Counted from the first letter of the stretch, positions 12,723-27,058 are shown. The stretch is DNA of 64,000 nucleotides from Octopus vulgaris (GCA_951406725.2 OX597816.1:164362001-164426000); one strand, 5' to 3'. Numbers and translations are program-made. The notes: generated from the letters alone by a model not told the origin.

Positions 12723-15700
12723 TGCGCCTATCCGAACGTGCACAAACGAAGATTCTAAGGCCCAGATTTTTAATATACACCGGTTACGTCTCCTGTGATG
12801 TTCAGGCTGAAGGATATCAAACTTTATTGTCAGAACTGGTTGGTAGGTTTGTCTCTAGGTTTGTGTGTGAGTTAGGGGACGGGTGCGATGACTGATGGCT
12901 TCGCGGACACATCCTTGCTGTTGCCTAGCAACCGCCATGACCTTGTTTTTTTTTTTTCTTGTTTTTTTTTTTTCTTCCAGAATACAAAACACGCACGCAC
13001 GCACGCACTCTTCATACAAACTCAGCGACTCCATATGTATCGCCACTGTCATTATTCTTGTAAAACCTTTTCGGGTTGCTTGCTTCATTTGTTTTTGAAT
13101 ACCAATTTATTGTTATTTATTATCTTCGCTGCTACCATTTGGTCCGTTTTTGTGTACTCACTCTCCCGCACACACGCACACACACGCACGCACGCACACA
13201 CACACACACACACACGTTTAAGTTCTTGGTCAAATTCTGTTAGGGAACAGGAGAAACACTAACGAACCAACAAACACAAATCAACACATACACACACTAA
13301 AAGACACATACATACATACATACAACAAATTTATATATATATATACACAACACACACTCTTATTTATCCTCCAATAGATTTGACTGAGAAACTGTAAGAT
13401 TGGAAAGACGAGAGAGAGATGGGGGCGCATTGAGAGTGATAAAACTATGGAGAACAGTTTTTCACACAAGTAGTCTTATTCTGTGTTTCTGATCTGTGAC
13501 AAAGTGTGTAGAAGTCCATCGTCGGACGGTTCTAGTTATAAATCATTGTTTTAATTCGAGAAGAAATCTGTAACCTATTTGTTCGACAGCTTCTTCTTTT
13601 CTGGGCTAAGGTCTGCTATGAGTGGTCTCCCTTGACCCGTCTCTCGCCGTAATTATTTTTGATGCTACGAAGTGAGGAGAGAAGAATCGAACGAAATTTG
13701 ACCCTGAAGCATCGGAACGAACACCGTAATAGATTTTATCCGACGCTCATAGGATCTTCTTCGGTGTCGACGAAGAGTATTCAGTAGTTCAATCGACTTA
13801 ATTAGCTTTTAAATAGCTGAGTATTCCACGGGCATGGCCACACCTTCATGTAATACTATGGTAGAATTATATGTATCGAACTTTTATATGTAATGGGGTT
13901 GATTTTTTTTTTATTACTAAACTATGCAAGGTGGTACCCCAGCATGGCCACACAGTCTATTGATTGAAACAAGTAATAGCAATTAATAGTCAACAAATGG
14001 AATGACTCTTAAGGTATTTGTTATCGTAAACTTGTGATTACAAGCTGGGATCGAACTTGAGATCCACACAGCCCGAACACCGGAAGCTTAACGTCAACAG
14101 CAGAATGTCATTTTTATGCCAATTAGGTTCACCGAAATGATAGTATTTGGCATCATTTTTAACGCATGTCTGGTTTCGACATGGTGGCTCCAACTCTGGC
14201 TTACACTTCAGAAGTCTTACCTTGGATTACCACCAGAATTACATTGGATATCTTTTTACTATTGATAGTATATCCTAATTTGAAAAGTTCGTTTTACTCT
14301 CTAAGGAGCACGGGACCCGGTTTTCTGGTTTCTCTCGCGTATATATTCCTCCTTGAACGGGAGGAATATAAAGGAGGCTAAAAATTTTGATGACGGTGAC
14401 CATCACCTCTAGACTTATCTAATTTATTCGTCCTTGAAGGATGACAGAAAAACGGTCGACTGTGATCAGGTCTGAACTTACAACTTAATGATTTCTGACA
14501 CTAGAAATGCCTTAAATTTGGTGGAGGGTACATAGGTGATTATGTTATTCCCCAGTACGTGACTGGCACTTCTTATAAATCCCGAAGTTGTCTTCGGCGG
14601 GATTTGATCTTAAAACCGCAAAGGGTCGTAATTTGAATATCGCAAATGAAGCATTTTATCGGATACTCTAACGATCTTACCACCCACCACTCTAACAATT
14701 ATTATAATGGCAAAGAAATAGCACATGTTTTCAGATATACAATTTTCTTACAACAATACAAACACATCCACGTACGCATACACACACAGATTGTAAATGG
14801 TAACAAATGTTGTGTGTAGGGAGAAGTATTCCAAAGCAGCCCCACTATTTTTCTTCTATTCCTGTGTCTGACTAGAATTTGGTTTAAGTAATCTGTGTGT
14901 GTGATCGTCAGTATCTGTAGCATGTGTGTCTATCTACTAACCTCTAAAGTCACACAACACGTTTATTTTCTATGATTTCACGCGTTCAGTTGTGGATATG
15001 TTGGAGCACAACGTTTCGATTTTTTTTTGAGGGGGGGGGTAGTGGGTTTCTCCTTAATTTTTAATCAAACTCTATTTCTTTTATCGATTCTTCTTTATCG
15101 TATCTGGTCAAGCTCTTTAACCCCCCTCTCTCTCTCACTCACTCTCTCACTCACTCACTCACTCACTCACTCACTCACTCACACACTCACTCACACACTC
15201 ACACACACACACACACACACACACACAGCACACACACAGCTATAGTTTTTAATTTAATTTCTTAATACTAGTTTCGGCTATTAAAGTGCAGTTACGGTGG
15301 AGCACAGCCATCAAGATTTTGTAATCGAACGTTGCGGCACTTGCACTTGCTTTATCGGTTTCTTTTTAATCCATCGAACCGCTAGGTTAAGCTTTTCCAC
15401 ATATCACACGTTTACAGCGGTAAACACAAATACAGATGTGAATATTCATATGTAATTGTTTTCATAACTAAACACACACACACAAACCTATACATGTGAA
15501 TGTGTGTGTGTGTTTATAGGACTGTATCTACTACATATGTCTATCATATCAGCTTGTTCGGAATTGTTTTTATTTAAACCATAAACAGATGTGCTTTAGC
15601 CGCCGGCTGCGTTTATTTACACGCCATGATATGCCAAGAATGTGGAACTTTTGGGAGATTTTTTTTTTTTACTCCCCTTTCACTCTTGCCGTCTTTACTT

Positions 15701-15851
15701 TGCAGAATCCTTTTAATGGCATACAGAGAAAAATGGGGCCTCTAGCCACCAACCAATATGATTGGTGAACATAATATTACCTCTATTATACAATGGCTGG
15801 TGCTAGTGTTTCCTGTATTTCTCTACCATAAACCACTATCATCATCTACTA

Positions 15852-15883
<32 letters not shown>

Positions 15884-15954
15884 CGAAATGTGAGGTAAAG
15901 CAGCTTTGAACTGCATCGTTAAAATTGCTGCCTTGCTTAGGCCGTTTGGTATAC

Positions 15955-16240
15955 TCTATCTGTCTGTCTGTCTATCTCTATCTATCTATCTATATCTATA
16001 TACATCTATCTATATATCTATATATCTCTATCTATATATCTATCTATTTATCTATCTATATCTATCTATCTATATCTATCTATCTACATCTATCTATCTA
16101 CATCTATCTATCTACATCTATCTATCTACATCTATCTATCTACATCTATCTATATACATCTATCTACATCTATCTATATACATCTATCTATATCTATCTA
16201 TATACATCTATCTATATATATCTATCTATCTATCTATCTG
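15955..16240. repeat. (CTAT)/(TATCTACATC) degenerate microsatellite
   Basis: Read directly. Confidence 0.9.
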
Positions 16241-16502
16241 TCTCCATCCTCCCACCCATCCACACATACATATTCTTGTATAAACATGTGTAGTGTGGGA
16301 CACGCTATATATCTAATTATCTTTGAATTTTTTTTTTTCAAGAAACAACATTTTGTAATATTAAGCAATTGAAAAAAAAAAGAAAAAAGAAAGGAGTGGC
16401 GAAGTCCAGAGGAAATAAAAAACTTTTGAATCGGTTTCATAAATGCCATGCACGAAACTCTCCGTCTGGTGAAAATATATATTGTATACATATATTTGTG
16501 TG

Positions 16503-16754
16503 TGGAGGCGCAATGGCCCAGTGGTTAGGGCAGCGGACTCGCGGTTGTAGGATCGCGGTTTTGAGCGAAAACACCTAAAGCTCCACTTAAAGCAGGGGGT
16601 GGTGGCAATCCCTGCTGTACTCTTTCGCCACAACTTTCTCTCACTCTTTCTTCTGTTGGCCTGCTCGCTTAGAAGGCTAAAACAATGCGAAGCGCATTGT
16701 GACCAGCGATGTGTAGCAACATCTGATAGCCTGGTCGGTCACGGTGATCACGGT
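16503..16754 (+). mobile_element. tRNA-Arg-derived SINE (octopus OR1-like), internally deleted
   Basis: GGAGGCGCAATGGCCCAGTGGTTAGGGCAGCGGACTCGCGG head; ends in tandem GATCACGGT-like repeats. Confidence 0.7.
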
Positions 16755-16767
16755 AATATCTATGTAC

Positions 16768-16960
16768 AGTAATCTCTCACCGTATCGCGGTTTATTATTC
16801 AAGCTTACGTCGGTTCCTCCACCGTATTGTTTTGCGTTTCTAATAAAATGAATATATACAAATTATAATAATAATAATAATAAATATACAGTACTCTTTG
16901 TACATCGCGGATTTTCACTTTGTACATCGCGGATTTTCACCTAACGCCAGTGGGTGGTGG
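16768..16960 (-). mobile_element. Tc1/mariner (Tigger-like) MITE fragment
   Basis: TA|CAGTAATC end; similar in reverse complement to the element at 28940-29569. Confidence 0.6.
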
Positions 16961-18118
16961 GCTTAGAACCATATATTATGGTTGCTAAATGAAATACAGT
17001 GACCCTACGAGCAATACACATACACACACGTAAACACGCGCGCACATGTATGCCGCAGAAATTGCAAATTAAAGGCTGCGATATTCTATATAGAATGCAT
17101 AAACTAGTATTTTCACCTCTTTCGTTAAAAGCCAATCTTAAACCATACGTACCCTTAAAACCTAACAGACATACCGTAATACTACAAATAACACACGCGC
17201 ACACAAAACTAGAATATTCGTATAAAAATTGTTGCGTTCTGGGTATTCCCGAAATATTCTCAAAATTCGCCAGGGGGTTTACATTTCACAGGGCCGGATG
17301 CAGTTGAGTGGTTTAATGCCAAAAAGCAGCAGTGACCTTCGCCATCGGCCGTGAAGTGAAGAGTCTGTGCCCAAGGGATCGCGTTTATTAACAGCTGATA
17401 TTTGTTGTTTTCACCTTTAATTGCTTTTGTGTCTGTGTCTGGGTGGTAGGAAGGGAGAAGAACACACTGTGTTGTCCCTCCCTCCACCTCCTGTTTCTAA
17501 CCCCCTAAGTACACCTATAACTATTTCCTTCAGACACAGGAGGTGAAAGTAATAGGTGAGAGAGACGGGGGGGGGGCGACCAAGCTCTCTGTTTCATTTG
17601 GTAGTTTTCAGAAGTTTATGATGCTGCTGTTGATGATGTTGATGATATTGCTCCTGAGAATGGTGGCGGTGGTGGTGGTGTTGTAATGATGATGACTTTA
17701 CCAAATGATTTTAAAACAAAATGTCCCGGTTTCAACTTACAATCCAGCATCTTTCTCCTCATCCATTGTTTCCCCCTCTTTTCTCTCCTTTTCTACTGTT
17801 TTTCTTTCGATTTTTTTTTTTTTGTTTTTGCGTGTCTGTCTGTCTGTGTTTGTCAAGGTGTCAGTGTTCCTGGTGGAATTTGAACTTAAGAACAGTGACA
17901 TACAGAACATTCATGTTTGTTATTTTATAATAATTACTGGTATCCTTATATATTGCTATATTTTATATCTTATAATGTAAAGCATAATATGCTTTCATCA
18001 TCATCGTTTAACGTCCGTTATGTATGTATATTGTAATTATCAGTTTAGTAAATAGATAAGTTAACATAATATAATGTCTAAAAGTTGAACCACCATTTCT
18101 CCTCCATTTTCCTTATTG

Positions 18119-18172
<54 letters not shown>

Positions 18173-19415
18173 CTTTCCTCTCACATGACGACAACCTCGT
18201 TGTTTAGGGAAAATGTCGTTCGCTTCCTCTGTACTTCGTTCACCTTCTCGCTGTCACTTTAAAGGCATTGAGTAATCATACAGACATATATACATACATT
18301 CATACATAAATATATATTCACGCATATATAACTGCTAGTTTTATACTCTTGTTTTCTTCCTCTTCATTGTGTGTGTGTGCGTGCATCTTGCAACGTTTTC
18401 CATTTATCTCTGTATCTCCGTTTTTGCATATGTGTATACAAAAACATACGATGTATGGGCTTAGTTGTGTTAACATAGGGATAAAATTCTCCACAGCCCT
18501 CTCGAAGTATATTTGGTTTCTGCGAGAGACAAGTCTACATATGTAGTGTTGAAATACACTTGGTCAATATCCGATTTTTTAAAACCATCGTACAGACATG
18601 GAAGTTTTCAATCAAAACCGAATTGCCATTTTCATTTAACTGAGAGGAACATGCTTATTTTGCATGAAAATTTCCAAGGTCTCAACTTAGAATTTAAGCG
18701 GTTATCAACGCGTAAACATGGCTCTTCGGTATTTATCCTATTAAAAACTTCTTGAACCGATAAGGTCTTAAATGATTAGAAATTGTCGTAAACTGGTGGA
18801 TCTTACAGTCATCTTTATTTTCGTAATTCCATTCTTGAAAACATAAAAAGCATTTCCTTTAAAACAATTGTTTTAGCTCACAAATCATTTTCTTTACAAA
18901 TTCTAAACATTTGTAATTGTAATTTTCTAAACCTTCGTTAAACATACGCTTTTAATTCATAGTTTTATCTCTTTTCTTCGCATTGTTATTCCAAACATAA
19001 CTTTTCTACATTCAGCTATTTCTTTTTCTGTGTTTGTTTTACTTATCCCTATTTTTTTTTGCTTTCTCTTCGTAGCAATTTCCCACAAACTAATTGTTCT
19101 TTTATGCTGATGAAATAACTCCATCGGGTTTTGTCAGTATCCTGTCAAAATTTGTTACGTAACTCAAATATTCACTTATTATTATTATATATATATATTT
19201 TTATTACACACCATAATTACATGTTCGTTTATTTTGCTCTTGTTAACAGCGATCGTCGGAAGATCGGAAACGGACAGCTTTCACCTTCTAATAGTTATAG
19301 CATTGTACTTCTTTCCATATGGGGTTCCTTCTCATCTGTCCTCGTTCACATCGAAGTGCGTGTGTGTGTACTTATGATGCAGGTGTTCGTGTCATTCAGT
19401 GATAAAACACCTAAT

Positions 19416-19453
<38 letters not shown>

Positions 19454-19507
19454 AGATAGTAGTAGATGAATATTACACATAAGAACTATACAATCATGTA
19501 TATGTAT

Positions 19508-19547
<40 letters not shown>

Positions 19548-19659
19548 CCATTCAATCACAGTGCATATGATATTTATTTATCTATTTATTTATTTTGTAA
19601 TCTACGCTGCACTCTTTGATCCGATATGTGGGAACAGAATAGAGTTGTATGGCTGGTAT

Positions 19660-19711
<52 letters not shown>

Positions 19712-19828
19712 CAAACAGACAGCGTTGGGGTGAGAGACTGAACTATTTTAGCTATGGTGAAACAGACAGATGGGTGTACGGATACAACAACAGCGATAGG
19801 GAAAAGATACATATATGCTATAATACAT

Positions 19829-19892
<64 letters not shown>

Positions 19893-20221
19893 AACATATC
19901 GGCAAGAATCGGGAGCTCATGGCCCGGGGCAATAACAGCTGCAATGAGTTTTAGAATAATTGCCTACGTCATGGTTAGTTTTGATATTAAGGAAGACATG
20001 TCATGTATCTATATGTCGCAGAGTGAAATGTGTCACCAACAATGGTCGACATATTTAACATTTTAGGACCAGTTGGTGGTAGGCACAGCCTGCGTTTGGC
20101 GTCGCCGCCACCATCATCATCGTCTTCTCGCTTTCTTTCCACCGTTCTTTGTTATATATTCTCACACATGTTTTTAGGTAGGTACGTACATATATGTTTA
20201 TATATATGCATATAATTTATT

Positions 20222-20266
<45 letters not shown>

Positions 20267-20650
20267 CTAGCAGTATCGCCCGGCGTTGCTCGGGTTTGTA
20301 AGGGAAATAACTATATAAGCATTTTTAGAGAGTTATAGCCAAAAGATAGCAAAAAAATGCATTAAAAATGGGAAAAAAATGATGGTAATTTTTTTTTTAA
20401 ATCGTTGACTCATCGTAGACATTTTTAGAGAGTTAGTTCCCTTATATAATAGCGAAAAAATGCATTAAAATGGAAAAAAATGATGGTTTTTATTTTTTAA
20501 ATCGTAGACTCATCGTAGACGCGCGTTAATACCCAGAAGGGCTCGATATGAATCACGACTATAAGATACCCGGTTTTGGTTAAACTGCACCGCAAAATGT
20601 GGGAGTAGTTAGGAATCTAAATCGTAGGAGACAGACACACAACTTCACTG

Positions 20651-20655
<5 letters not shown>
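20267..20655 (-). mobile_element. Non-autonomous Helitron sharing its 3' end with the 10171-10556 element
   Basis: CTAG + cccggcgttgctcggg hairpin (reverse orientation), embedded in (TA)n on both sides. Confidence 0.8.
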
Positions 20656-20692
<37 letters not shown>

Positions 20693-21021
20693 GTGTGTGT
20701 TTTATAAGTTGGTCCTTATCTTCCGTTGTTGTTCGTAGTGTTGTATATATGTCTAAGTCTAGAATATATTTTTTTTTAAATAAATTCTCTTGTGTCTGTC
20801 TGTTTATAAATTTATATTTCAAAAAGAAAGAAAGAATTGCAACCTGCAGATTTCAGTCGAAAAAAGATGCCCTACGTTTTAATGGAATATGTGTGCGCTT
20901 ATTAGTGTATGTGTGTAAAGATACACATTGACATATACACACATGAATGTATATAATATACACATATATGTGCATACATGCATATAATATATTGATAAGT
21001 TTTACATGTGTGTATGTATGC

Positions 21022-21073
<52 letters not shown>

Positions 21074-21246
21074 TTCAGATGAATTAGGTACTTAAGTTGA
21101 GGCACCAGAATTTAGTACGGTATTATCCATACAATTTCAAAATAAGGTGATTAAAATAAGTAAAATACCTCTGGATATCCTTGTTGCTTATTTTGATATA
21201 TTTTGATCACCACACACACACACACACACACTATATAAACTCATTA

Positions 21247-21291
<45 letters not shown>

Positions 21292-22678
21292 CATAGTATA
21301 TATACATAATGAGTTTATATAGTGTGTGGTGATCGCTTTAAGTTTATATAAAAATACCAATATTATTTGCAGGACTGTAAACTCGGTGCCGTATAAAAAA
21401 AAAAACATTCGAACCATTCGAACCGGAATATATATTTATACACACATAAATAAACTCACATAATTGTGTGTGTGTGTGTGTCATGGATTGCGTATTGGGT
21501 GGAAAGTGGACGATTAGGATCGATCTCGTGTACATTTATTTTATACTCAAAATACTAGTTTTGTGTTCCGTTATAATAAATTTACTTTAGACAGCGATGG
21601 TCGACTAATTAAAAAGTACACCACCACCACTAAAGCGCTGGCACGATTGATAGGTTATTTTATATATATATATATTATATATATATATATATACGCGCAT
21701 ACACCCACGAATATATAAATATATCTGAATAAATAAAATGATAAATATTTAAATAGGAAGAAGGAAACGAACTTTCCTCGGGGAACGATTTAATGACTCT
21801 TCTCGTCATATCGATGGTTTTGGGAGGAAACAACTATATCATTAAGTGCTAATGTATAGGTGAGAGAGAGAGAGAGAAAGAGCGAGTGTATACGTTCGTA
21901 CATACATGCACACTAATAAAAACATAGGCATTTATATGAATATATACGTGCCTGTGTGTGTGTGTGTGTATGTCGTATACGTGCAAATAGGTATGTATGT
22001 AATGAGTATCACTGTATATAGTGGACGATACGTTGAACTAGAATATGCTGTTCAATTACGAAGGGAATTATAGTGAACGAGTGTGACTATGTGTGTATAT
22101 ATAACGTATATATGGGAGAGGTGTGTGTATATATGATCTAAGTATATGTTACGTGTGTTTGTGTGTATGTGGTTTATGTATGTGGATATGTCAGCCAGGC
22201 TGGGTGATAATGAATTCATCACCGTTAGTGATTTTGGGACTATTATTAGCATGAACTTACTAGATTTTATTTGTAAAAAAAATGTGAATTAAACTAAGGT
22301 TGTTTTTTTTTAATATTGTGTCTGTGTGCGCATGTATATAAATATGTATATACACTCACAGATATATATGTATATACATATACACACATACGTATAACAT
22401 ATTTGTGTGTGTGTCTATATATATATATATATATACGCAATAAGTCGAAACAGGGGAAGCTGAAGAAGGGGAATGTTCCTTGTGTTGGTTGTCTTGTACT
22501 CTGTTTTTTCGTTGCTAAAAAAAGTCCGTTTCCTTGTTTGGTTTTATGTTTTCGTTTCTCGTTGTGTTCTACGTTTATTTGTGGTGTCCTGTACTCATAT
22601 ATGCATGTATATATACATATAGATGTAGGTATGTACATATATGTATGTATTTATGCATATGTTTTATTTATTAAACTG

Positions 22679-22740
<62 letters not shown>

Positions 22741-22878
22741 CGGAGATGTACTCGCATAGCAAGTAATTTGATCTGAGATCGTGTGCTGAAACGAAAACAA
22801 TTGCAGCGTGGAAGGTGTTTATAAGCCATTTAAGAAACACACAAAAGCCGTTCGATTCACTTCAACATTTAAGTTTAA

Positions 22879-22928
22879 TTTGTCAAAATATTTTCGTCGC
22901 TAAAATCCGCGACCTGTTCACTGACAAA
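22879..22928 (-). ncRNA. Minimal type-I hammerhead-like motif with a G3:C8 core, in a Penelope-like fragment (~22740-22945)
   Basis: tttgtca-GUGAACA-g-gtcgc[ggatttta]gcgac-GAAAAUAUUU-tgacaaa; 7-bp stem I, 5-bp stem II, palindromic stem III AAUAUU. Confidence 0.6.
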
Positions 22929-22979
22929 AATCCGTGCTGCATCTAAGAAAGTAACAGTTAGTTCGTCATATATATGTAC

Positions 22980-23037
<58 letters not shown>

Positions 23038-25758
23038 ACACGCATTTGTTCTCTTTCGTATACACGTCTAGTGTATCTATTTATGTTTAAAAATCTCATA
23101 TTTTGGATTTCATAGTTTCGACATTTCTGGAACATAAAAAAAAAAAAAAATTCATGTGTGTCCTGGAAAATAAGAGCATGGGGGATGATACATATGCAGA
23201 GCATAGTGAACTATAAGGGATGTTATAGTGTGTAGCCAGGATGATATTAAACTGATTCACTTGTATATAAAATGCTGACTTTCTACGATTTTCTGATCAT
23301 TCGAGATTTCTTGGTTTCTTTAGTCTATCTGTAAGTTATAGAGATACAGAGAAGACATTAAGTGACAGAGTTGCTTGCTCCTAATGATACTTCGGAGCAT
23401 TTCTCTCCGACTGGCAGACTCAGGTGCAATGGTTTATGGTTAGTCCATATAAATGCTATCATCTTGAGCGTTAGCTTATATTGAGAAACGTAGTGATGAG
23501 CAACGACTGGTTTGCTGTGTCACCTTTTTATCCAGAGAGTGCTGGATGAGTTGATGCGAGTGTAGTGGTGCTGAAGAGCTTTAATTTATATCATTTGCGA
23601 ATTGGAAGACGTGTACCCGAAACCGGATCGCAGATTCTTGTCCTTTCGAGCGGAACGGGTGCTCAGATAGAAATAGGTGGATAACGCTTGGTTTTACAAT
23701 TGTGATAGTGACGTTTTTGTTGTTAGTGGTGGTTGAGATGTGCAGAACTCTATATATGATATAGAGTATTAATGTTTTTTTTTATTTTTATATTAGTCGA
23801 GGATCTACATAGATACACTTGTGTGTGTTTGTACTTTGATAAACATAAATAACCTGAACAGACAAATACACACGTCTATATATAGATAACTTTAGTCTCT
23901 TTCTCTCTCTCTCGCCATATACACACACATGTACTTATATCCACGTATAGGAGCGAGAGAGAATGATAAATAGGTGTGTTTTCACAGTCTGACATCATAA
24001 ACTGACTTGCTGGTTCTATGTTATATTTCAATTGTCGAATCAAATCCTTCCCAATCCGTCTCTTTTTTTTTTTTTTTTGCCATAATTTTTCAAGCTGCTG
24101 CCTTTGGTTGAAGCTGCTGTTTTTAGTTTCTCGCCGACTTCCACCATCTCAAACCTTTCTCTCTACTTCGCGCAAAGAACAGTAAAATGTATGAAACCTG
24201 AGTAAGTCCGTTGATTTATCTGTGCAGGAGAGGAGGAATCGACTTCAAATGCCATGTTCTACGTCCATATATATGAAACTGTTATATACAGAGGGACATT
24301 TTTGCCTCATTTTTCAATCCGCCCCGTCACGAACCAGTGGAGCGAGAGACGCTTATCACCGAATTTTCATCCTTGAGAAAGGACAATTACTTCACTGGCT
24401 GTAGTGATGGAAGTAGTGTGTCTGCCGCACAAATAATAAGGAAAGCAAACAAGAAGATCAACCAGGCGAATATAGCAATAATTGATAAATCCCGAAATAT
24501 GATCCCCCAGAGTTAACATGACGGAGTATGCAATCTTTGAGTGTGTATGTTTGTGAGACAGAGTGAGAGAGAAATGAACATAGCTGTTGGAATATATTCT
24601 ACATACAGCTTTAAAAAAATATATATATATAATAAATAATAATGCTTGTTCTTTTGCTATTGTTGTTGTTGTTATTGTTGCACTAATTCTGCGAGCAGCA
24701 TTAGCAGCAACCTTTAAAATATTTGCAAGATAGCGGCCATGTGACTACTTCGTTAAAACAAGGCAAAATAAAGTCTTTTGAGTCTCTATAATCACGAGAA
24801 TGTCAGGAAACCGTTGATTCTATACAAGTCTTTCTTTAAACATTGATGGATCGAGCTTCTATTGTTCTTGAAAACAAGCAAGGATAATTTATTAGCAAGC
24901 GATATTGAAAATATCCAGAGTATCATAGTTCTTTTTCTCTGTTTTCGCTGGAAGCAAATATCTCGAGAAACAAAATATAACAAGGAAACTTTTATCCTTT
25001 GTATTATTATCTCAAGAACATCTTTAGTATTTATTATAATAATTTTTTTTCTTCTTGTATCTATTTCTATTTTCTTTATTTAATTTTTATTCTGTTGTTC
25101 TTCCCCCCCCATTTTATATAATCCACCATTATAATAATTTTCATCTTTCAATCAGCTAGTAGTAGGTTTTAGTTTTTTTTTTCTTTCTTTTTTCTCTCTT
25201 CTCAACTTTAGTGATTCGGAACAGTTTCAAGATGTAAATTCGTATTTTCAAAAAAATAATAAAATCGATAGCTTCCTTATCTTTTCTACAGTCGAATTTA
25301 ATCTGAATTTAACTTTGGTCTTTATTCATATTTTAAGGTGAACTCTTGGCTTTTACCAACATCATATCTCATATTCTGTAGAAATGCGTGTATGAGATTA
25401 TTTATCTACATATCTGTGTGTGCGAACGTGCTGCGTGTACACGCACACACAATTTGTATCGGTGTATCCGTGTGTATCAATGGACAAAATCAGGTGTGCA
25501 CGTTGCTTACAAGGCAATAATTATACCTTTCTCGTGATTTCCCACAACAACGTAGAGATGTGTGGCCGTCGGTGGATAGAAGATTAATTTAAGGTACCCT
25601 CGCTTCACATCTCATTCCCACCAGGCACCTAGAAAATCTGAAAGAAACAGTATTTATTATCAGCAGTATCAAGAAAAGTGATACATGGTACCTAATATTA
25701 TAAGGTACCCTCGTATCGTATCTATATTCCCACTCATCTGGATAACCGAATGAAACAG

Positions 25759-25808
<50 letters not shown>

Positions 25809-26112
25809 CGGTACAATAATAGTGCGGTACCCTAGTATTTCTGCTACTATCGTGGTGGAAACAGTAGGAAGGTTCTGAACAAAATATCTTACGATGTCTA
25901 GTTACGTTCAAAGTTCAAATCGCAGTATGATCAAATTTATCCTTCGTCTTTCTATAGTCGATAAAATAAATAATCGTCCTTTCAAGATCTGTAAGCTTTG
26001 CCTCGATGTTAAAAATCACTATATTAGTATTACCTCTTTCGATTCTCTTATGTCACGTTTCAGAGATAGTTTGATAATTTTCCTAATTGCAGTCAGGCAG
26101 GGAGGTGTAGAG

Positions 26113-26143
<31 letters not shown>

Positions 26144-26690
26144 TTGATTGATTTCTGCCCAGTCTAACGAAAACCTTGCATGTGGGCGGTGTAAACCGAC
26201 ATGTCCCGAAATAATGGTGTGTGTGTGTGTGTGTTGATGAAATTCACGTAAGTGTAGTGAGAGACACAGAATCTATTATATTCCAAGTTTAGAAAGAGAA
26301 AGACTGTGAAGAAGGGAGGGAACTCGTAGGCTCTTATTAATAGAGTTACTCCCATTTATGAAGCAATTAAAATTAATCTGTGTTTTTCCCCGCCAGCCCC
26401 ATCTACTTCAGGTAAATTACCGAAATGTTCTAATAAATATTTGTACATGTGAAGAAAGGTGGTCGCTTGCCAACTCCTTAAGGCATAAAAAATTGAAAAT
26501 ACATCTGCATCATATTTTCTTTCTTTGTAGCTTCGTTTCTTTTCATATATATATATATATATAATTAATTAATAAGGGTGAGAGAATTAGATACTAATTT
26601 AATAGTATATCTATTCAACACCAAGTGGCCCAGTGCTACGAGAAACCTGGATTATTATAATATTTTATAATATATTATAATATTTTATAC

Positions 26691-26840
26691 AAAAATAAAT
26701 ATAAGAGAATGGTCACTATGTGGCTCATTCTAGCACTAGAAAATCCAAAAGGTTTCAACCACAAAAATGCATTTTTGTGGTTGAAACCTTTTGGATTTTC
26801 TAGTGCTAGAATGAGCCACATAGTGACCATTCTCTTATAT

Positions 26841-26848
<8 letters not shown>
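26691..26848. repeat. Perfect spacer-less 158-bp palindrome
   Basis: Two 79-bp arms centred on ATGCAT (between 26769 and 26770). Confidence 0.95.
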
Positions 26849-26888
<40 letters not shown>

Positions 26889-26892
<4 letters not shown>

Positions 26893-26990
26893 TTATAGAA
26901 GGAGCTTCTACAGGACTAGAACTGTTTCAAACTGATGATTTCTTCTGAATGAAACAGTTCTAGTCATGTAGAAGCTCCTTCTATAAAATA
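26889..26990. repeat. Inverted repeat (41-bp arms, one mismatch, 20-nt loop), Penelope-like foldback
   Basis: tattttatagaaggagcttctacaggactagaactgtttca and its reverse complement; loop contains CTGATGA, followed by GAAAC at the start of the right arm. Confidence 0.85.
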
Positions 26991-27058
26991 AATTAATTTA
27001 CTCTGCTATGTATTGAGTACCTTATTTACTGTGGTTAACCCCGACTCAACCCGGGACC

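Noticed and set aside
23170-23750. Possible decayed Penelope GIY-YIG coding fragment on the minus strand (IRFRVH, KPVVAHH)
   Set aside because: Similarity is too fragmentary to call without a translated search.
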